Shown here: positions 38,545 through 49,294 of the stretch, in pieces
Position numbering within the stretch: the stretch's first letter is position 1
Layout of the letters: each line of letters opens with the position of its first letter
Sequence record: NC_070980.1
Source of the DNA: Escherichia phage vB_EcoP_SU7
Direction: 5' to 3' (one strand)
Length of the DNA: 64,000 bases
Made by a program: the position numbers and the translations under genes
The notes under the pieces: generated by a model
Database searches by the model: none
The model's input: the letters and a program-made list of their open reading frames with translations, nothing else
What the model was told of the DNA's origin: nothing

Positions 38545-40328
38545 GGACGTGCCTCCCCTTCTTGTGCAAGTAAGGAAGCTGCATCCTCTCCATTGGTAAC
38601 GGTAAAAGGATGCTCTTCATCAACTTCATGATCTTCTCGTTCTACAAGACGACCTGTTTCATTGATGTATTTGGTATAGCAAACCCCTGTCTGTCCATAG
38701 TTACGCTCTTTGAGCAGTCGTATGATTGACAAGTTTTTACCTAACCCATCCGCTTGTTTGTTACGTTCAAAACCAATAATACACTGACACCAGCGCATCA
38801 ATGAACGTGAACCAGTAAACTGTACTTCTTTAACCTGACCACCTTCTTCGTGGGGTGCACCACCTGCCGGAGCGTTCAAGTGAGATAATACAAAAGCAGT
38901 GAAGTCTAATTCCTTACACATACCAGCAAGCTCTGAAGCAATCTTGCTGATTTCTGTGTTTACCTCAGATGGGGTTAAGTGAGATACCAATGCAGTGATG
39001 TTATCAAGAATGATAAATTTACACTGATTCTCAACTACCCAAAAGCGAATACACTGCTTAATGTCTTCCCACTCGTTCTGCCCAAAGTTGTCATACAAGA
39101 AAAACTTATCAGCGTATCGAAGTGCTTCATCTCGTAGCTGGCTTTCTTCGTACTCAACATCTGGTCGGTGGAATGGAATAGATGCAGATTTACCTGCAAT
39201 GTTCTTAACAGACATGCCTACCTTCTCTTCCAAGAAGAAGCCACCACCATTAAAACCATGCTCAAGGCAAAGCCATGCTACTAGTTCGTGTGCGATTAAG
39301 GTTTTACCTGAACCAACACCACCGCCGATTGCAACCATCTCTCCCCAACGAATACCAAAGGTCATGTCGTTAAGAGTTTTCCACGGATAAGGAATACCCC
39401 ATTCCGCTTTCTTCAGAGCATCTTCGAGGCAATCAAAAACTGTAACAGCTCCAGCAGGAGATTCCCGCTTAGCTGAATATTTCAGATTGTTGAAAAGCTC
39501 TTGACCTCTCCCTGCAAGTAACATGTCGTTTGCATCTTTGATTTCCTTTTCTTGTCCGTTATAAGTGAACGTACCTTTTGGAATCCTTGCAAACTTAACA
39601 TGCGGGTACAGAGAACGACCCTTAGTTAAAGCAATCTCACCTGCATCATCATTGTCCATGCAGAGTACAATCTCCTCGAAACCATTAATAAAATCACGGT
39701 TTCTTGATAATACAGAAGAGATTGAACCTGCACCGAACGGAAGAGAGACGCAAGCAGGTTTGATGTTAGTTGCGTTTGTAAACGCGGTAAGTACGTGGAA
39801 CCCAGACATACAAGAGAGAGGGTCTTCAAAGATGAAGAGTTTCTTGTTGTATACGTCACCACGTTGTGCTTGAGCCATACCAAACAAGTCGGCTTCTTTC
39901 ACATTACCTACATAATAGAACTTCTTGCTGTCTAGAAGTTTTACTTCATATCCAACAATGTTCCCATCACGTTCACGAGGGAAGAAGTAGCTGTCAGGAG
40001 TTTGACCATCTGTTTGGCTTAAACCGATACGGCATCCATAACGTTCAGATACAGCTTTAGGAATTAAGCGACGAGTCAACTCTCCCTGAGGAAGCTCTAA
40101 GCAATCGTCTAAGACTTCTCGGAGTTCTTCAGGGGACAGCTCTTTCTTTTCATTAGGAGTGGGCGTCGTTCCTTTCTCGAAGATTTCATACGCACCACAT
40201 CTGTTACATGAACCCCACTCCTCACCGGACTCTTCATTTCGGAAGAGAATCATGTGATTGCGGGTCTTATCACGACCATGAGAGATACACTCTTTACAGC
40301 CCGTGTCTCCCAAAATGATCTTTGACAT
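38538..40328 (-). CDS. DNA primase-helicase (T7 gp4-like)
   Basis: N-terminal zinc ribbon; [15 protein letters not shown]; Walker [10 protein letters not shown]; Walker B FIILDNI. Confidence 0.85.
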   Translation of the reverse strand: MSKIILGDTGCKECISHGRDKTRNHMILFRNEESGEEWGSCNRCGAYEIFEKGTTPTPNEKKELSPEELREVLDDCLELPQGELTRRLIPKAVSERYGCRIGLSQTDGQTPDSYFFPRERDGNIVGYEVKLLDSKKFYYVGNVKEADLFGMAQAQRGDVYNKKLFIFEDPLSCMSGFHVLTAFTNATNIKPACVSLPFGAGSISSVLSRNRDFINGFEEIVLCMDNDDAGEIALTKGRSLYPHVKFARIPKGTFTYNGQEKEIKDANDMLLAGRGQELFNNLKYSAKRESPAGAVTVFDCLEDALKKAEWGIPYPWKTLNDMTFGIRWGEMVAIGGGVGSGKTLIAHELVAWLCLEHGFNGGGFFLEEKVGMSVKNIAGKSASIPFHRPDVEYEESQLRDEALRYADKFFLYDNFGQNEWEDIKQCIRFWVVENQCKFIILDNITALVSHLTPSEVNTEISKIASELAGMCKELDFTAFVLSHLNAPAGGAPHEEGGQVKEVQFTGSRSLMRWCQCIIGFERNKQADGLGKNLSIIRLLKERNYGQTGVCYTKYINETGRLVEREDHEVDEEHPFTVTNGEDAASLLAQEGEARPW

Positions 40329-40363
40329 GCTCTATCCTCCTTGGAATTCCTTGAGCAATCTTC

Positions 40364-40570
40364 TTAGTAAAACGATCGTATTTCTTCCCACACATCATCT
40401 TGCAAGTTTCTAAAACCCTGCAAGGTTTGCTTTGTTCTGTGAATAAATTCTTCAGAGTGCTTATCAGGTGTGAGCATACTGACAAACTTTTCATAGCGAT
40501 TAATCTTCCACCGCATCTTTAAGTAGTCAGATTCAAGCTTTCTTAACTTCTGCCTGTCAGTTACTGTCAT
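40364..40570 (-). CDS. small hypothetical protein
   Basis: ORF 40364-40666 trimmed to an internal ATG; start uncertain. Confidence 0.3.
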   Translation of the reverse strand: MTVTDRQKLRKLESDYLKMRWKINRYEKFVSMLTPDKHSEEFIHRTKQTLQGFRNLQDDVWEEIRSFY

Positions 40571-40988
40571 CCTTCTCACCTGCCAGATATGCTGTCCAGT
40601 CACCCGATTCAACCAGAACATCTTGTTCTTCGTCGATGTGATAAATCCACGCTTCCACAGTTTCACCGCTGTCCAATAATACTGGAATCAGCGTACGCTT
40701 GTAAAAGGTGTATGGGTTATCATTACCACGATGACCTTCCAGACCGTCATACGGACCTTCCAGACCAGCTTGGGTTGTTTCAAAGACTTCTACACGAACA
40801 GGCTTACCATTGCTGTCATGCTCCAAAGATACACTTGGGAAGTATGCTGTGCAATATTGATACAGGTTACAGTTGTTTACTGTCCACCCTTCACCAATAG
40901 ACACACCACCGGCACGAGCATTGATAGCGTGGTTGTGTTGACCTTTTCTCAAGCTTCCGTAAGTTGCAACTAGTACTTTATCAGACAT
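40557..40988 (-). CDS. gamma-glutamyl cyclotransferase-fold protein (AIG2 / GGACT-like)
   Basis: N-terminal VATYGSLRKGQHNH matches the YG[ST]L[KR]KG..NH motif of AIG2/GGACT enzymes. Confidence 0.6.
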   Translation of the reverse strand: MSDKVLVATYGSLRKGQHNHAINARAGGVSIGEGWTVNNCNLYQYCTAYFPSVSLEHDSNGKPVRVEVFETTQAGLEGPYDGLEGHRGNDNPYTFYKRTLIPVLLDSGETVEAWIYHIDEEQDVLVESGDWTAYLAGEKDDSN

Positions 40989-41054
40989 TATATTACCTTT
41001 TAGTGTTTCAGTTAAATTCGAACTAGCCTCCTCTTTCGAAGAGGCTAAAGCAAA

Positions 41055-41240
41055 TTATTCTACTTCGAAGTGTTTGATCACACCAGTCAGTACATCAGAT
41101 TGGAATGTACCCACTAGCTCTGTACCTCGGAAGAAGTTGACATTTGTTCCAAGTGATTCAAAGCGATCTGCTTGAATGTCCAGAGATTGAATATTTCCTT
41201 CTGCTGACATTGTACGAAACATGATTGTGTATTTATTCAC
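41055..41240 (-). CDS. small hypothetical protein
   Basis: 61-aa ORF. Confidence 0.35.
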   Translation of the reverse strand: MNKYTIMFRTMSAEGNIQSLDIQADRFESLGTNVNFFRGTELVGTFQSDVLTGVIKHFEVE

Positions 41241-41479
41241 AGACTTGTTACTCCCTTATCTGCTTGTGCAATTGCGATGATACGCTCAGCACATTCCATT
41301 GAATATTTATCACCTCGTTTGAGGAAGGTGATGATTGCAGAGAACTGATTACCAATCATTCTCTTATTTGTGATACCGAACTCTTCACAGAGTTGGTTGA
41401 TAGCTTTACGAGAGCCTACAATAAGAGGCTCTTTTTCTTCGGTCATTCCACGGCTGATCAAATCTTCGATAGACAACAT
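41237..41479 (-). CDS. small hypothetical protein
   Basis: 80-aa ORF coupled to neighbours. Confidence 0.4.
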   Translation of the reverse strand: MLSIEDLISRGMTEEKEPLIVGSRKAINQLCEEFGITNKRMIGNQFSAIITFLKRGDKYSMECAERIIAIAQADKGVTSL

Positions 41480-41505
41480 TACAAATTCCTTTTTGTTTAA
41501 TTTAA

Positions 41506-42741
41506 TTACAGAGTTACTGCTACTTCGCTACCTTCAACATTGACAGACTCTAACTTGCGAGGGTTATGAATCTGGACTGGATTGACCGGAACGTTCCAAC
41601 CACTGCGGTAGAAGTTACGACCATCACAGAACAGGATGACATTGGCAGACATTGCATTCGGTTGCAGGTTGTTGTGGACATGACGGATATTTGCAATCCA
41701 GTAGCCACGAGACAAAGTGTAGCCAGTAGGTGCATTACGAATAGTTTGAGTATTCATCTGACCTTCCAGTTGCATTTCTTCAGGAACCACATCAACTGAA
41801 TCAATCGGCTGTGCTACTTGTCCTTCCAGTGCAAAGTTTTCATCATCAGCACTTTCACTGTCAGCAACCAATTCACCGTCCCCGTCTTCAATCGGAGTCT
41901 GGTAAACCACTTTATACTGAGGGGTATAGAGAGGGTTCTGAGCTTTAACAAACTCAAGAATGTTGTGACGATAAGTATCCAGAGTCGTACCAGTCAGTCC
42001 CGGTGCTGTGTTAACTTCCAGTACCCATGCTTCTTGACCTTTGGTGATAATATCAACTGCACCGAAATCCAGACCCATTGATTCAACAGCTTTCACCGCA
42101 TTGATCAGAGAGGCATCATTCGGAGCATCTGTGAAGGAGCTTGAGTAAACCCAGCCAGTGTGGTGATTACGAATATCTTCACGATAGTTAGGGTCTTCGC
42201 GATAACCATTGCGACGAATCTTCTTCTGAACATAGGTGATTACACCTTTGAACACATGGACACGCCATTCACGACGTGGGCCTTGAATACCTTTAGTGTA
42301 CAGCTCAGCCTGATCAACTGTAGTGTTAGGCTCTACAACAACAATACCTGAACCAGAGTGACCAGTCAGCTCGTGACGCTCATACACAATGTTGCCAGCG
42401 TTTGACCACTCCTGAGCAGTCTCTTGAACATCTGTGTATTCCACAGTTTTAACACCTGCTTGGTCCATCACACTGAAAGCACGACGTTTGTTCGCTGCCA
42501 TATGTAAGGCTGCGGTACGGTTAAGGACGGTTGCAGAACCAAAGAATGATTCAGGATAGCGACGGTTCCCGTAGTTAACAACCACATCATCTTCACGAGA
42601 ACGCCAGCGGCTATTCTCTGAAAGAAGCCCCATCACGTTAGCATTGATGCGTTCATCACGGATAGTATCACTGATAGCAGATACCAGAGCGTTAACAGAA
42701 TCAGACGGGCCATACGGAAGAACACGGATACGAGTAGTCAT
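41506..42741 (-). CDS. ATP-grasp ligase
   Basis: AWVLEVNTAPGLTG is the ATP-grasp Mg-ATP E-x-N motif; 411 aa. Confidence 0.65.
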   Translation of the reverse strand: MTTRIRVLPYGPSDSVNALVSAISDTIRDERINANVMGLLSENSRWRSREDDVVVNYGNRRYPESFFGSATVLNRTAALHMAANKRRAFSVMDQAGVKTVEYTDVQETAQEWSNAGNIVYERHELTGHSGSGIVVVEPNTTVDQAELYTKGIQGPRREWRVHVFKGVITYVQKKIRRNGYREDPNYREDIRNHHTGWVYSSSFTDAPNDASLINAVKAVESMGLDFGAVDIITKGQEAWVLEVNTAPGLTGTTLDTYRHNILEFVKAQNPLYTPQYKVVYQTPIEDGDGELVADSESADDENFALEGQVAQPIDSVDVVPEEMQLEGQMNTQTIRNAPTGYTLSRGYWIANIRHVHNNLQPNAMSANVILFCDGRNFYRSGWNVPVNPVQIHNPRKLESVNVEGSEVAVTL

Positions 42742-42743
42742 TT

Positions 42744-42974
42744 TTAGATACCTTTTAGTTTAAGAATTTCGTTACGACAGGATTGAATTTTAGCTTCGAT
42801 TGCCCAATACTCAGCGAACATTTCGTCTTCTTGGGCATCGCTTGGAGAGTCGATTAAGTTAAAAGCAAACGGATACAGCTTTCGCTGCTCCGTTACCAGT
42901 TGTTGAAGTCGGAGTTGTTGATACTCCAGCATTGTCAGGTGAGGCTTAGCTCCCTTGCTTGACATGAGGCTCAA
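42744..42974 (-). CDS. small hypothetical protein
   Basis: 76-aa ORF directly downstream of the ATP-grasp gene. Confidence 0.4.
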   Translation of the reverse strand: MSLMSSKGAKPHLTMLEYQQLRLQQLVTEQRKLYPFAFNLIDSPSDAQEDEMFAEYWAIEAKIQSCRNEILKLKGI

Positions 42975-43179
42975 CTTTAATCCCCTTCATTTTAACATAG
43001 TCAGCCAACACGTTGTTGATAACGGTTGGAAAAGGGATTTCTACTGGAGAATCAACCAGCTTCCCAATACCTTCTTGCATCCACTTCTGAATTGCTCGGA
43101 GGTTATCACATCCTGTGCTTGTCATCGGAATACGGCGGGTAGTTACCACGTTATCCAACATCAGTTTACGAACTTCCAT
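42946..43179 (-). CDS. small hypothetical protein
   Basis: 77-aa ORF. Confidence 0.4.
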   Translation of the reverse strand: MEVRKLMLDNVVTTRRIPMTSTGCDNLRAIQKWMQEGIGKLVDSPVEIPFPTVINNVLADYVKMKGIKVEPHVKQGS

Positions 43180-43190
43180 AACTATACCTC

Positions 43191-45224
43191 TTAGTGTTTA
43201 CCTTTACAGTAATCTGAATTACAGATCACCCTGTTTTCTTTGTTCAGTGAGCAAGTTTCTGCATCACGCCACGGAATTTGTTTATAACAGACTGCACAAA
43301 ACCCAATTGAAGTCCAGAGGGCTTTTGTGAACTCGGCTGTTCGTTGTCCATCATAGCTGACAACTGTTTTTCGGAGAGAGGTTGACTTTTTTGGAAATGT
43401 CTCCGCTTTCTCAGCGGGTACCTCCTTTGGGGAATTCTTTGGACCATAAACAGAGATGGCATAAGTATCACCACCACGTTTTTCCAAATACGAATTAGGA
43501 ACATCTGCAAGTGTAATATCCCCTGAACGTTTTGCTGAGCTAACCATTACGATCATACGGCTAAGCATACGTTCATCAACACGAACAGCTACTTCAGGAC
43601 GACGTGGGTTGGTTGTGTCTACTGCTTTAGTCCAAATATAACCCTCAGATAGAGTAACATTCTTTACTTTATCTTTGATTTCTTTGGAGCAGATATAACA
43701 AACATCTTCACCACGAAGTTTACTCATTTCGTTGTCAAACTCGAAATCAGTCTTGACTTCACCACAGACAGCACATACGCCCAAAGGCACATCTTCTTCA
43801 TCTTCAGAGATTTTAGATAACGCTTCGAAGCATTCTGGATGCCAGTATGCTTGATAAGCAAACACAGCCTTACGAGCATCTTTCCAGTCAATGTGCTTAT
43901 CACAACCACCACAATCACCATGAGAGTGAGATTCCCAGAACTTACGAGTGACTTCTACACCATTTTTAGTGATGAAGGAGTCCTCTGCATCAAAAGGGAT
44001 GTCATCATCAAAATCAGCAGTAGTGCTTTGAGGCTCCTTATCTGTAGCATCAACAAACAGCCCTGAAGTTAGTACGAGGCGAATCATACTGTCCACTTCG
44101 GAGATACAAGCAATCGTCCCGCGATATACTACCTTTGGGTTTTCAAGAGCCTTAAGATATTCATCTTTGGCTACGTTGTGAACATCCCCTTCGACATACT
44201 CTTGGGCTTTATCGTCGTAGATGTAACCAATCATCTTACCACGATCTGTGTTGTTATAAGCATGGAACTCGTGAGGAATAATATCCACACGACCATCACG
44301 ACGATAAGGAAGACCACGATCGGCAGCCAGTTTGTTCTGGTCTTCAATCGCTTTACGACGACGAATGTCTCCGCTTGTCACGCCGGGCTTGTCGTCTTTG
44401 TTTCCGTAAATGTCGCTTGTGCTGCTGCTTGATTTGTTTGTCTGTTGGTTCTGATATAGAGAGGAGTTCGAGTAATAGCCGCCCCAGCGACTCGTTATCG
44501 TAAAAACCGGAAGCTTGTGCTCCACCTCTTGAACCAGAGTCATACGACTGTTAGACACATCAAAGATATACTCAGTTCCCACTTTACATTCGAAGTGGTC
44601 ATTGATACGGTTCTTGTGGGATTTAGAACGCTCTAAAATCCACATAAGCATAGCTTCTTCAGAAGCCCCAAACCAATCTAAACCACAACGGGCTAGGTGG
44701 AAAGGACGCTCATCATTACGGATAATGTGAAGCGTGTTGTCTTTAGCATCATGCCAAATCAAAGTGAATGCACCATCCAGTTTTTGGATAGTCTCTGCTG
44801 CTCCAATGGTATTAATTGAGTGGCAGATGTTTTCACTATCAACTTCGAAACGCTTACTGTCAGGAAGGAGATCTTGATCTAACAGGGTTCCATTATGAAC
44901 CAGAGTAATATCCCCGTGAGTAAATGGGTGAGCATTTCGAGCATTGACAGCCCCACGAGTGGCATGTCGGCTGTGACCAACAATCCACGAAGGAGGAACT
45001 ACGTAGTTCGTAAGCCCTTTGGTAATATTTGTATATTCTGTCTGGAGCATAAAAGCATAAGAAGGAAGAGCTTCTTTATAAGAGAAGACTTGCTTTTCAC
45101 CTTTACGCTGACCAAACACACCAGTTGAGTGCTGTCCACGGAAAACACCAGCATACAGAAGTTGGTTGAAAATATCCAAATCTGTTGAGGTCATGTTGCC
45201 GCCAGCTAATACGATACCACAAAT
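43191..45224 (-). CDS. class II glutamine amidotransferase-like (Ntn hydrolase) protein with C-terminal Cys-rich zinc-binding region
   Basis: In-frame CGIVLAGG sits just 5' of the track ATG and is preceded by AGGTGG plus an ATT codon 8 nt downstream; GVFRGQHSTG; C-terminal CxxC clusters. Confidence 0.5.
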   Translation of the reverse strand: MCGIVLAGGNMTSTDLDIFNQLLYAGVFRGQHSTGVFGQRKGEKQVFSYKEALPSYAFMLQTEYTNITKGLTNYVVPPSWIVGHSRHATRGAVNARNAHPFTHGDITLVHNGTLLDQDLLPDSKRFEVDSENICHSINTIGAAETIQKLDGAFTLIWHDAKDNTLHIIRNDERPFHLARCGLDWFGASEEAMLMWILERSKSHKNRINDHFECKVGTEYIFDVSNSRMTLVQEVEHKLPVFTITSRWGGYYSNSSLYQNQQTNKSSSSTSDIYGNKDDKPGVTSGDIRRRKAIEDQNKLAADRGLPYRRDGRVDIIPHEFHAYNNTDRGKMIGYIYDDKAQEYVEGDVHNVAKDEYLKALENPKVVYRGTIACISEVDSMIRLVLTSGLFVDATDKEPQSTTADFDDDIPFDAEDSFITKNGVEVTRKFWESHSHGDCGGCDKHIDWKDARKAVFAYQAYWHPECFEALSKISEDEEDVPLGVCAVCGEVKTDFEFDNEMSKLRGEDVCYICSKEIKDKVKNVTLSEGYIWTKAVDTTNPRRPEVAVRVDERMLSRMIVMVSSAKRSGDITLADVPNSYLEKRGGDTYAISVYGPKNSPKEVPAEKAETFPKKSTSLRKTVVSYDGQRTAEFTKALWTSIGFCAVCYKQIPWRDAETCSLNKENRVICNSDYCKGKH

Positions 45225-45301
45225 TTTCTAATCCACCTGAAGGGTAAACCCTTTCATCTAATTAACCTTTAAATGCGCCCTTTATCAGAGCGCCCATTGT
45301 G

Positions 45302-46402
45302 TTACAGCAGTCGTTCTAATTGCATTTCCAGATGGTCTGGAATGTAATCAGTGATGTTATTATCACTGCTACCTGATTCACGCATCAGAGCAAACATGTG
45401 ACGAATTTCACGAACCGTTGCGATTCGAGTGCTTTCAATCTGAGGGGTGTAGTAGGTCATGATCTCTTCATAGACAGTGTTGGCATTACCGCGCACATAT
45501 CCCAAGAAACCATAGAAGTCATTCATATCACGTAAGTTGATAAGGACTTCACCATCAGGGCCAGTCTGTTGCACACGAACACGACCAACCAAAGTTACAG
45601 ATTGCTCACGACAGAACAGAATATCACGAGCAAGACGATACCCTTCAGTGAGATCACTGTCTCTTGGAGTATAGTCTAGGGGTAGATGTTGAATCATAGG
45701 AGCGAAGCGCAGCTCATTCAACTTCTCAACATAAGCTTCATTGTCTAAATCTGCATATTCAACAGCCAGTTTCTTGAGAACCAAGAAGCGGTTGACCAGA
45801 TTCAGAAGTTGGCTCTTTTTCCACTTCGGCTCTGAGATACGGAACTCAACAGAACCAAATTGAGATAGAGGCAAAAGATTAAGGGAGGTATATTTATCCC
45901 AGCTATTAACAAGAGAGTGGAAGAAAGCTTCCCCGTCTCGGTTGAACGCTGACGAAGCATTCATAACTTGTGCTTGAACGACAGCAAAAGCTGGACAGAA
46001 GTTGCTACGATAGCGATGGTATCCAGAACATTTGAACATCATCTTTTCATAGAACGTCCATCCAAGAATAACTTTCTTAAGGATATTACTATCAGCGTCA
46101 CGCATATCCATATGAACGTGAGTGGAACAGCGCCAAGTTCCCTCGGCTCCAGAATCCTGTACTGCTTCACTCAGATTGTTAATAGCACGAAGTAATTCTT
46201 CACCGTTGTAAGGTCGTGCACATACTAATTCACAACCATCACGAAGAGAGCCATCTTCAGTACAAACCCACATATCAGCGTCAATGTTAGTTGTACCTTC
46301 GACTTCTAACTCAATACCAACACCACACTGAAAAGCAATACTTGGATGCGGTTCAGATAAGCGAGGGTTACGGTATCCAAAAACTTGTGCTACGGTTGTC
46401 AT
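45302..46402 (-). CDS. glutamine-synthetase-like amidoligase (putative carboxylate-amine ligase)
   Basis: GIELEVEG and STHVHMD metal-binding-type motifs; sits next to GATase II-like and AIG2-like genes. Confidence 0.4.
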   Translation of the reverse strand: MTTVAQVFGYRNPRLSEPHPSIAFQCGVGIELEVEGTTNIDADMWVCTEDGSLRDGCELVCARPYNGEELLRAINNLSEAVQDSGAEGTWRCSTHVHMDMRDADSNILKKVILGWTFYEKMMFKCSGYHRYRSNFCPAFAVVQAQVMNASSAFNRDGEAFFHSLVNSWDKYTSLNLLPLSQFGSVEFRISEPKWKKSQLLNLVNRFLVLKKLAVEYADLDNEAYVEKLNELRFAPMIQHLPLDYTPRDSDLTEGYRLARDILFCREQSVTLVGRVRVQQTGPDGEVLINLRDMNDFYGFLGYVRGNANTVYEEIMTYYTPQIESTRIATVREIRHMFALMRESGSSDNNITDYIPDHLEMQLERLL

Positions 46403-47025
46403 AATGATTCCACCAACTCTACATTATATGATGACAGGTCTGAAGAAATATGCTTGAACTTCTCCAGAAGGTTTAAAGATTGACGACCATTGTCGCCATA
46501 ACCAGCTTCAAGAAGCACGTTTCCAACGTAAGCTCCTTTGTAATAAACTTTTCCATCGACAGGATTGATATAGATGAAACGAGTAACCAACCCTTCAAAC
46601 TCTGGATTAAACAGGTTGTACACCAAATCACCCGGAATCGAACGTCCGAGAGAAGGTGGAGTACCACGAAGTTTATTCCCCATCAATCCTTTAGCTCGCT
46701 GACGAACAGGGTTGATATGGGTCCAGCTCACCATGTTATTACCATGCTGAAGGTATCCTACATCTGGAGACTCCAGAATGAGGCTGTGATCAAACACTGG
46801 GATATTACTAACAATCTGACGCTCAAACTGACCTTCGGAGTTTTTAGTCCAGCGTTCCGCCTCAAACACTAAAGACATTTCAGCGTCGTGTGAGTAGTCG
46901 TCGATATCAAAGTTACCTTGCTGACGAACATCAAGCACATATAGAGGGAGGTTTTTACCATCAGGTGATCGCTGAGCAATCCATGTTCCACAATAATAGT
47001 GTTGAAAATCTCTTAACAAGCTCAC
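46399..47025 (-). CDS. hypothetical protein (cluster member)
   Basis: 208-aa ORF, stop-start overlap with the amidoligase. Confidence 0.5.
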   Translation of the reverse strand: MSLLRDFQHYYCGTWIAQRSPDGKNLPLYVLDVRQQGNFDIDDYSHDAEMSLVFEAERWTKNSEGQFERQIVSNIPVFDHSLILESPDVGYLQHGNNMVSWTHINPVRQRAKGLMGNKLRGTPPSLGRSIPGDLVYNLFNPEFEGLVTRFIYINPVDGKVYYKGAYVGNVLLEAGYGDNGRQSLNLLEKFKHISSDLSSYNVELVESL

Positions 47026-47034
47026 AATATCACC

Positions 47035-47844
47035 TTATACAATCTGGAGTTTAGAGGAGAATTTATCCGCTTCTTTAACATCGTTACTGTTGATGATGTT
47101 GTGAAGCTTTTCAATTGGAAGGCGAGAGTGAAGTGACATCAATACTTCCATATCACAGCCTTGAACAACCTTATCAACTTGCTCATAAACAAACTTGCGG
47201 GTTGACTTCTCGCCAATCCAGAAGTTAGAAAGAGAACGATATTCAATACCGTAATCTTTGTAGCGAATGGCAGAAGCCTTTCCGTATAACTCTTTACGAC
47301 GAGTATCTTTATCCATGATCACAGCTGGCAAGGACAGGAAGTAATCACACAACACACCTAACATCATTTGAGTCTGACGACTAATTTCCAGCGTACCAGT
47401 GACGCCAAGGTGAACATGACCACCAGCAGTACGCAGACCTTTGTCTGTCGCTACTGGAGATGGGTTTTTCTGACCAGTGAAGGCGTTGAAATCAGGAGTA
47501 CAACCAAATACAAAGGCTGACGGATGGAAAGATTCCATCTCTTCTGAAGTGAACACATGAGAGCTAATCCCAAGTGCTGCCTCCATGCCACGTTCATTGA
47601 GAACTTTGTTAGTCAGATCAATACCACGCTGAATGTTATCATTAAACGCTTCAAACCCTTTCTGTGGGTTAATATCGAACTCGGCCAGAACGTTGTCTTC
47701 TTGAAGACGAACATCAGGGGCCAGATCAATTTTGTTGTCTTTAGAGCAGCCCAGCTTACCAGCCACAGAGGTGATAATACCAGAAGCAGTACGAACAAAC
47801 ATTTCCGGATCCGACCCTATTAAGAATTTACGTTTAGTAGTCAT
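47035..47844 (-). CDS. hypothetical protein, possibly a second carboxylate-amine ligase-like enzyme
   Basis: IGSDPEMFV and GGHVHLG motifs; assignment weak. Confidence 0.3.
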   Translation of the reverse strand: MTTKRKFLIGSDPEMFVRTASGIITSVAGKLGCSKDNKIDLAPDVRLQEDNVLAEFDINPQKGFEAFNDNIQRGIDLTNKVLNERGMEAALGISSHVFTSEEMESFHPSAFVFGCTPDFNAFTGQKNPSPVATDKGLRTAGGHVHLGVTGTLEISRQTQMMLGVLCDYFLSLPAVIMDKDTRRKELYGKASAIRYKDYGIEYRSLSNFWIGEKSTRKFVYEQVDKVVQGCDMEVLMSLHSRLPIEKLHNIINSNDVKEADKFSSKLQIV

Positions 47845-48311
47845 GCTTTAGTCCAACCTTTATGAGATAGATAGTTTTTAAATCTGCCACTGTGCACAGC
47901 GCCCATGTGGCCTTGATGTAAGTCGTTGCTTCTACAGAAGTCTTTAAGATTGTATATTGTTACAACCTCGCCATCTGGAGATCTAAACTTCCAAAATCTA
48001 GCATTCCCTTTCACAGCGTTTTCTTCACTGGTCAGAAGTTGGAAATTACTTGGGTGGTTATTAAGTTTATCGCCATCGATGTGATCAACAGTCATACCAT
48101 CCGGAATAGGCCCAATAAACAATTCATACATAAGTCTATGTAATAAAAAGTTCCTTGTTATCTTTTCAGGAGCCTGAACTGTTGTAAACTTAAGATAACC
48201 ATCTTTATCAGGAAACAGTTTCCTCTGTTTCCCTGTTCTTGCATGGAATATACTACCGTCTTCGAACACCAAGAAGGTAGCAACTCCGACTACTAACTCC
48301 CTAAATTCCAT
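47841..48311 (-). CDS. HNH homing endonuclease
   Basis: VDHIDGDKLNNHPSNFQLLTSEENAVKG. Confidence 0.6.
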   Translation of the reverse strand: MEFRELVVGVATFLVFEDGSIFHARTGKQRKLFPDKDGYLKFTTVQAPEKITRNFLLHRLMYELFIGPIPDGMTVDHIDGDKLNNHPSNFQLLTSEENAVKGNARFWKFRSPDGEVVTIYNLKDFCRSNDLHQGHMGAVHSGRFKNYLSHKGWTKA

Positions 48312-48335
48312 AGAGAACCAATAAGGAAAGCACGC

Positions 48336-49286
48336 TTAGTCATTGTAATACTCCACGAGTTCATCAAAAAGGGAAACAACACGAGCACCAGCTTCTTCTG
48401 GTGTCATTGAGGAAGGTACTGCTTGCATCAGACGTTCGATAAAACTTCGAACAGTAATTCTGTCCATACGCTGATCTAATACTTCTCGCTTGTGACCTGC
48501 ACAAGTTGACCAGAGACGTAACCACTCACTCATACTCTCATAATGGTCAGGGTCTTGGTCACGACGACGTGCCATACGACGGAGAACTCCATCATTATGG
48601 TTTCGTACATAACCATCTCGGTTGTCATCAACACCGAATACATTCTGAACCCATACGTTTTCAGAAAATTCATCAGTGGTGCAAATTAATGGCAGAAATG
48701 CAATTGCACTCATGTCGCCATCAAAATAAGTCGCTGCTGACTCATCGGTTGAGTCTACGTCATTACTATAACACCAGCGACCAAAGAAGTTACGACTTAA
48801 ACCAGCTAAGCGTAGAGCTAAACCGATTCGTTGTCGCTTAAGCAACTCTTCCTTGTCTTGTACGCCTTCCTGAAGGAACTCCATTCCATTAAAATCACCA
48901 TCCAAATAGCTACGGATGGTCATTAGTCCAGTAAACACCTTGTCTGCTGGATGGTTTCGAAGGTTCACGGCAATGGAGTTCACCGAAGTGACAGAGAACA
49001 TATCTTTATAGCAAGACATTGAGTTAAAAATATCTGTTGCTTCAACTAAAGCTCTTTCGATATCTTTAGCTGGCACGCCATAAAAATTGTGAGGCCAGAA
49101 GTTAATAACTTCAATTTCTGAAGTTCTATCACGAAGGCTTGTTCGGTTACGACTTTCACCGTTAATGTCTGTAACAGAATACATGTGCATACAGTTAAAA
49201 GTACCAAAGCAAGCTCTTCCTTTGAACACTGACTCACCGAAATCCTCTGCCGGTGTTACCGGAGCAATCGATGCGGAGATTGACAT
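48336..49286 (-). CDS. hypothetical protein (cluster member)
   Basis: 316-aa ORF, no motif recognised. Confidence 0.5.
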   Translation of the reverse strand: MSISASIAPVTPAEDFGESVFKGRACFGTFNCMHMYSVTDINGESRNRTSLRDRTSEIEVINFWPHNFYGVPAKDIERALVEATDIFNSMSCYKDMFSVTSVNSIAVNLRNHPADKVFTGLMTIRSYLDGDFNGMEFLQEGVQDKEELLKRQRIGLALRLAGLSRNFFGRWCYSNDVDSTDESAATYFDGDMSAIAFLPLICTTDEFSENVWVQNVFGVDDNRDGYVRNHNDGVLRRMARRRDQDPDHYESMSEWLRLWSTCAGHKREVLDQRMDRITVRSFIERLMQAVPSSMTPEEAGARVVSLFDELVEYYND

Positions 49287-49294
49287 ATTCGCCT

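Noticed and set aside
38538-40328. Intein in the primase-helicase or polymerase
   Set aside because: No Hint-block or C-terminal HN signatures, and the helicase motifs are contiguous.
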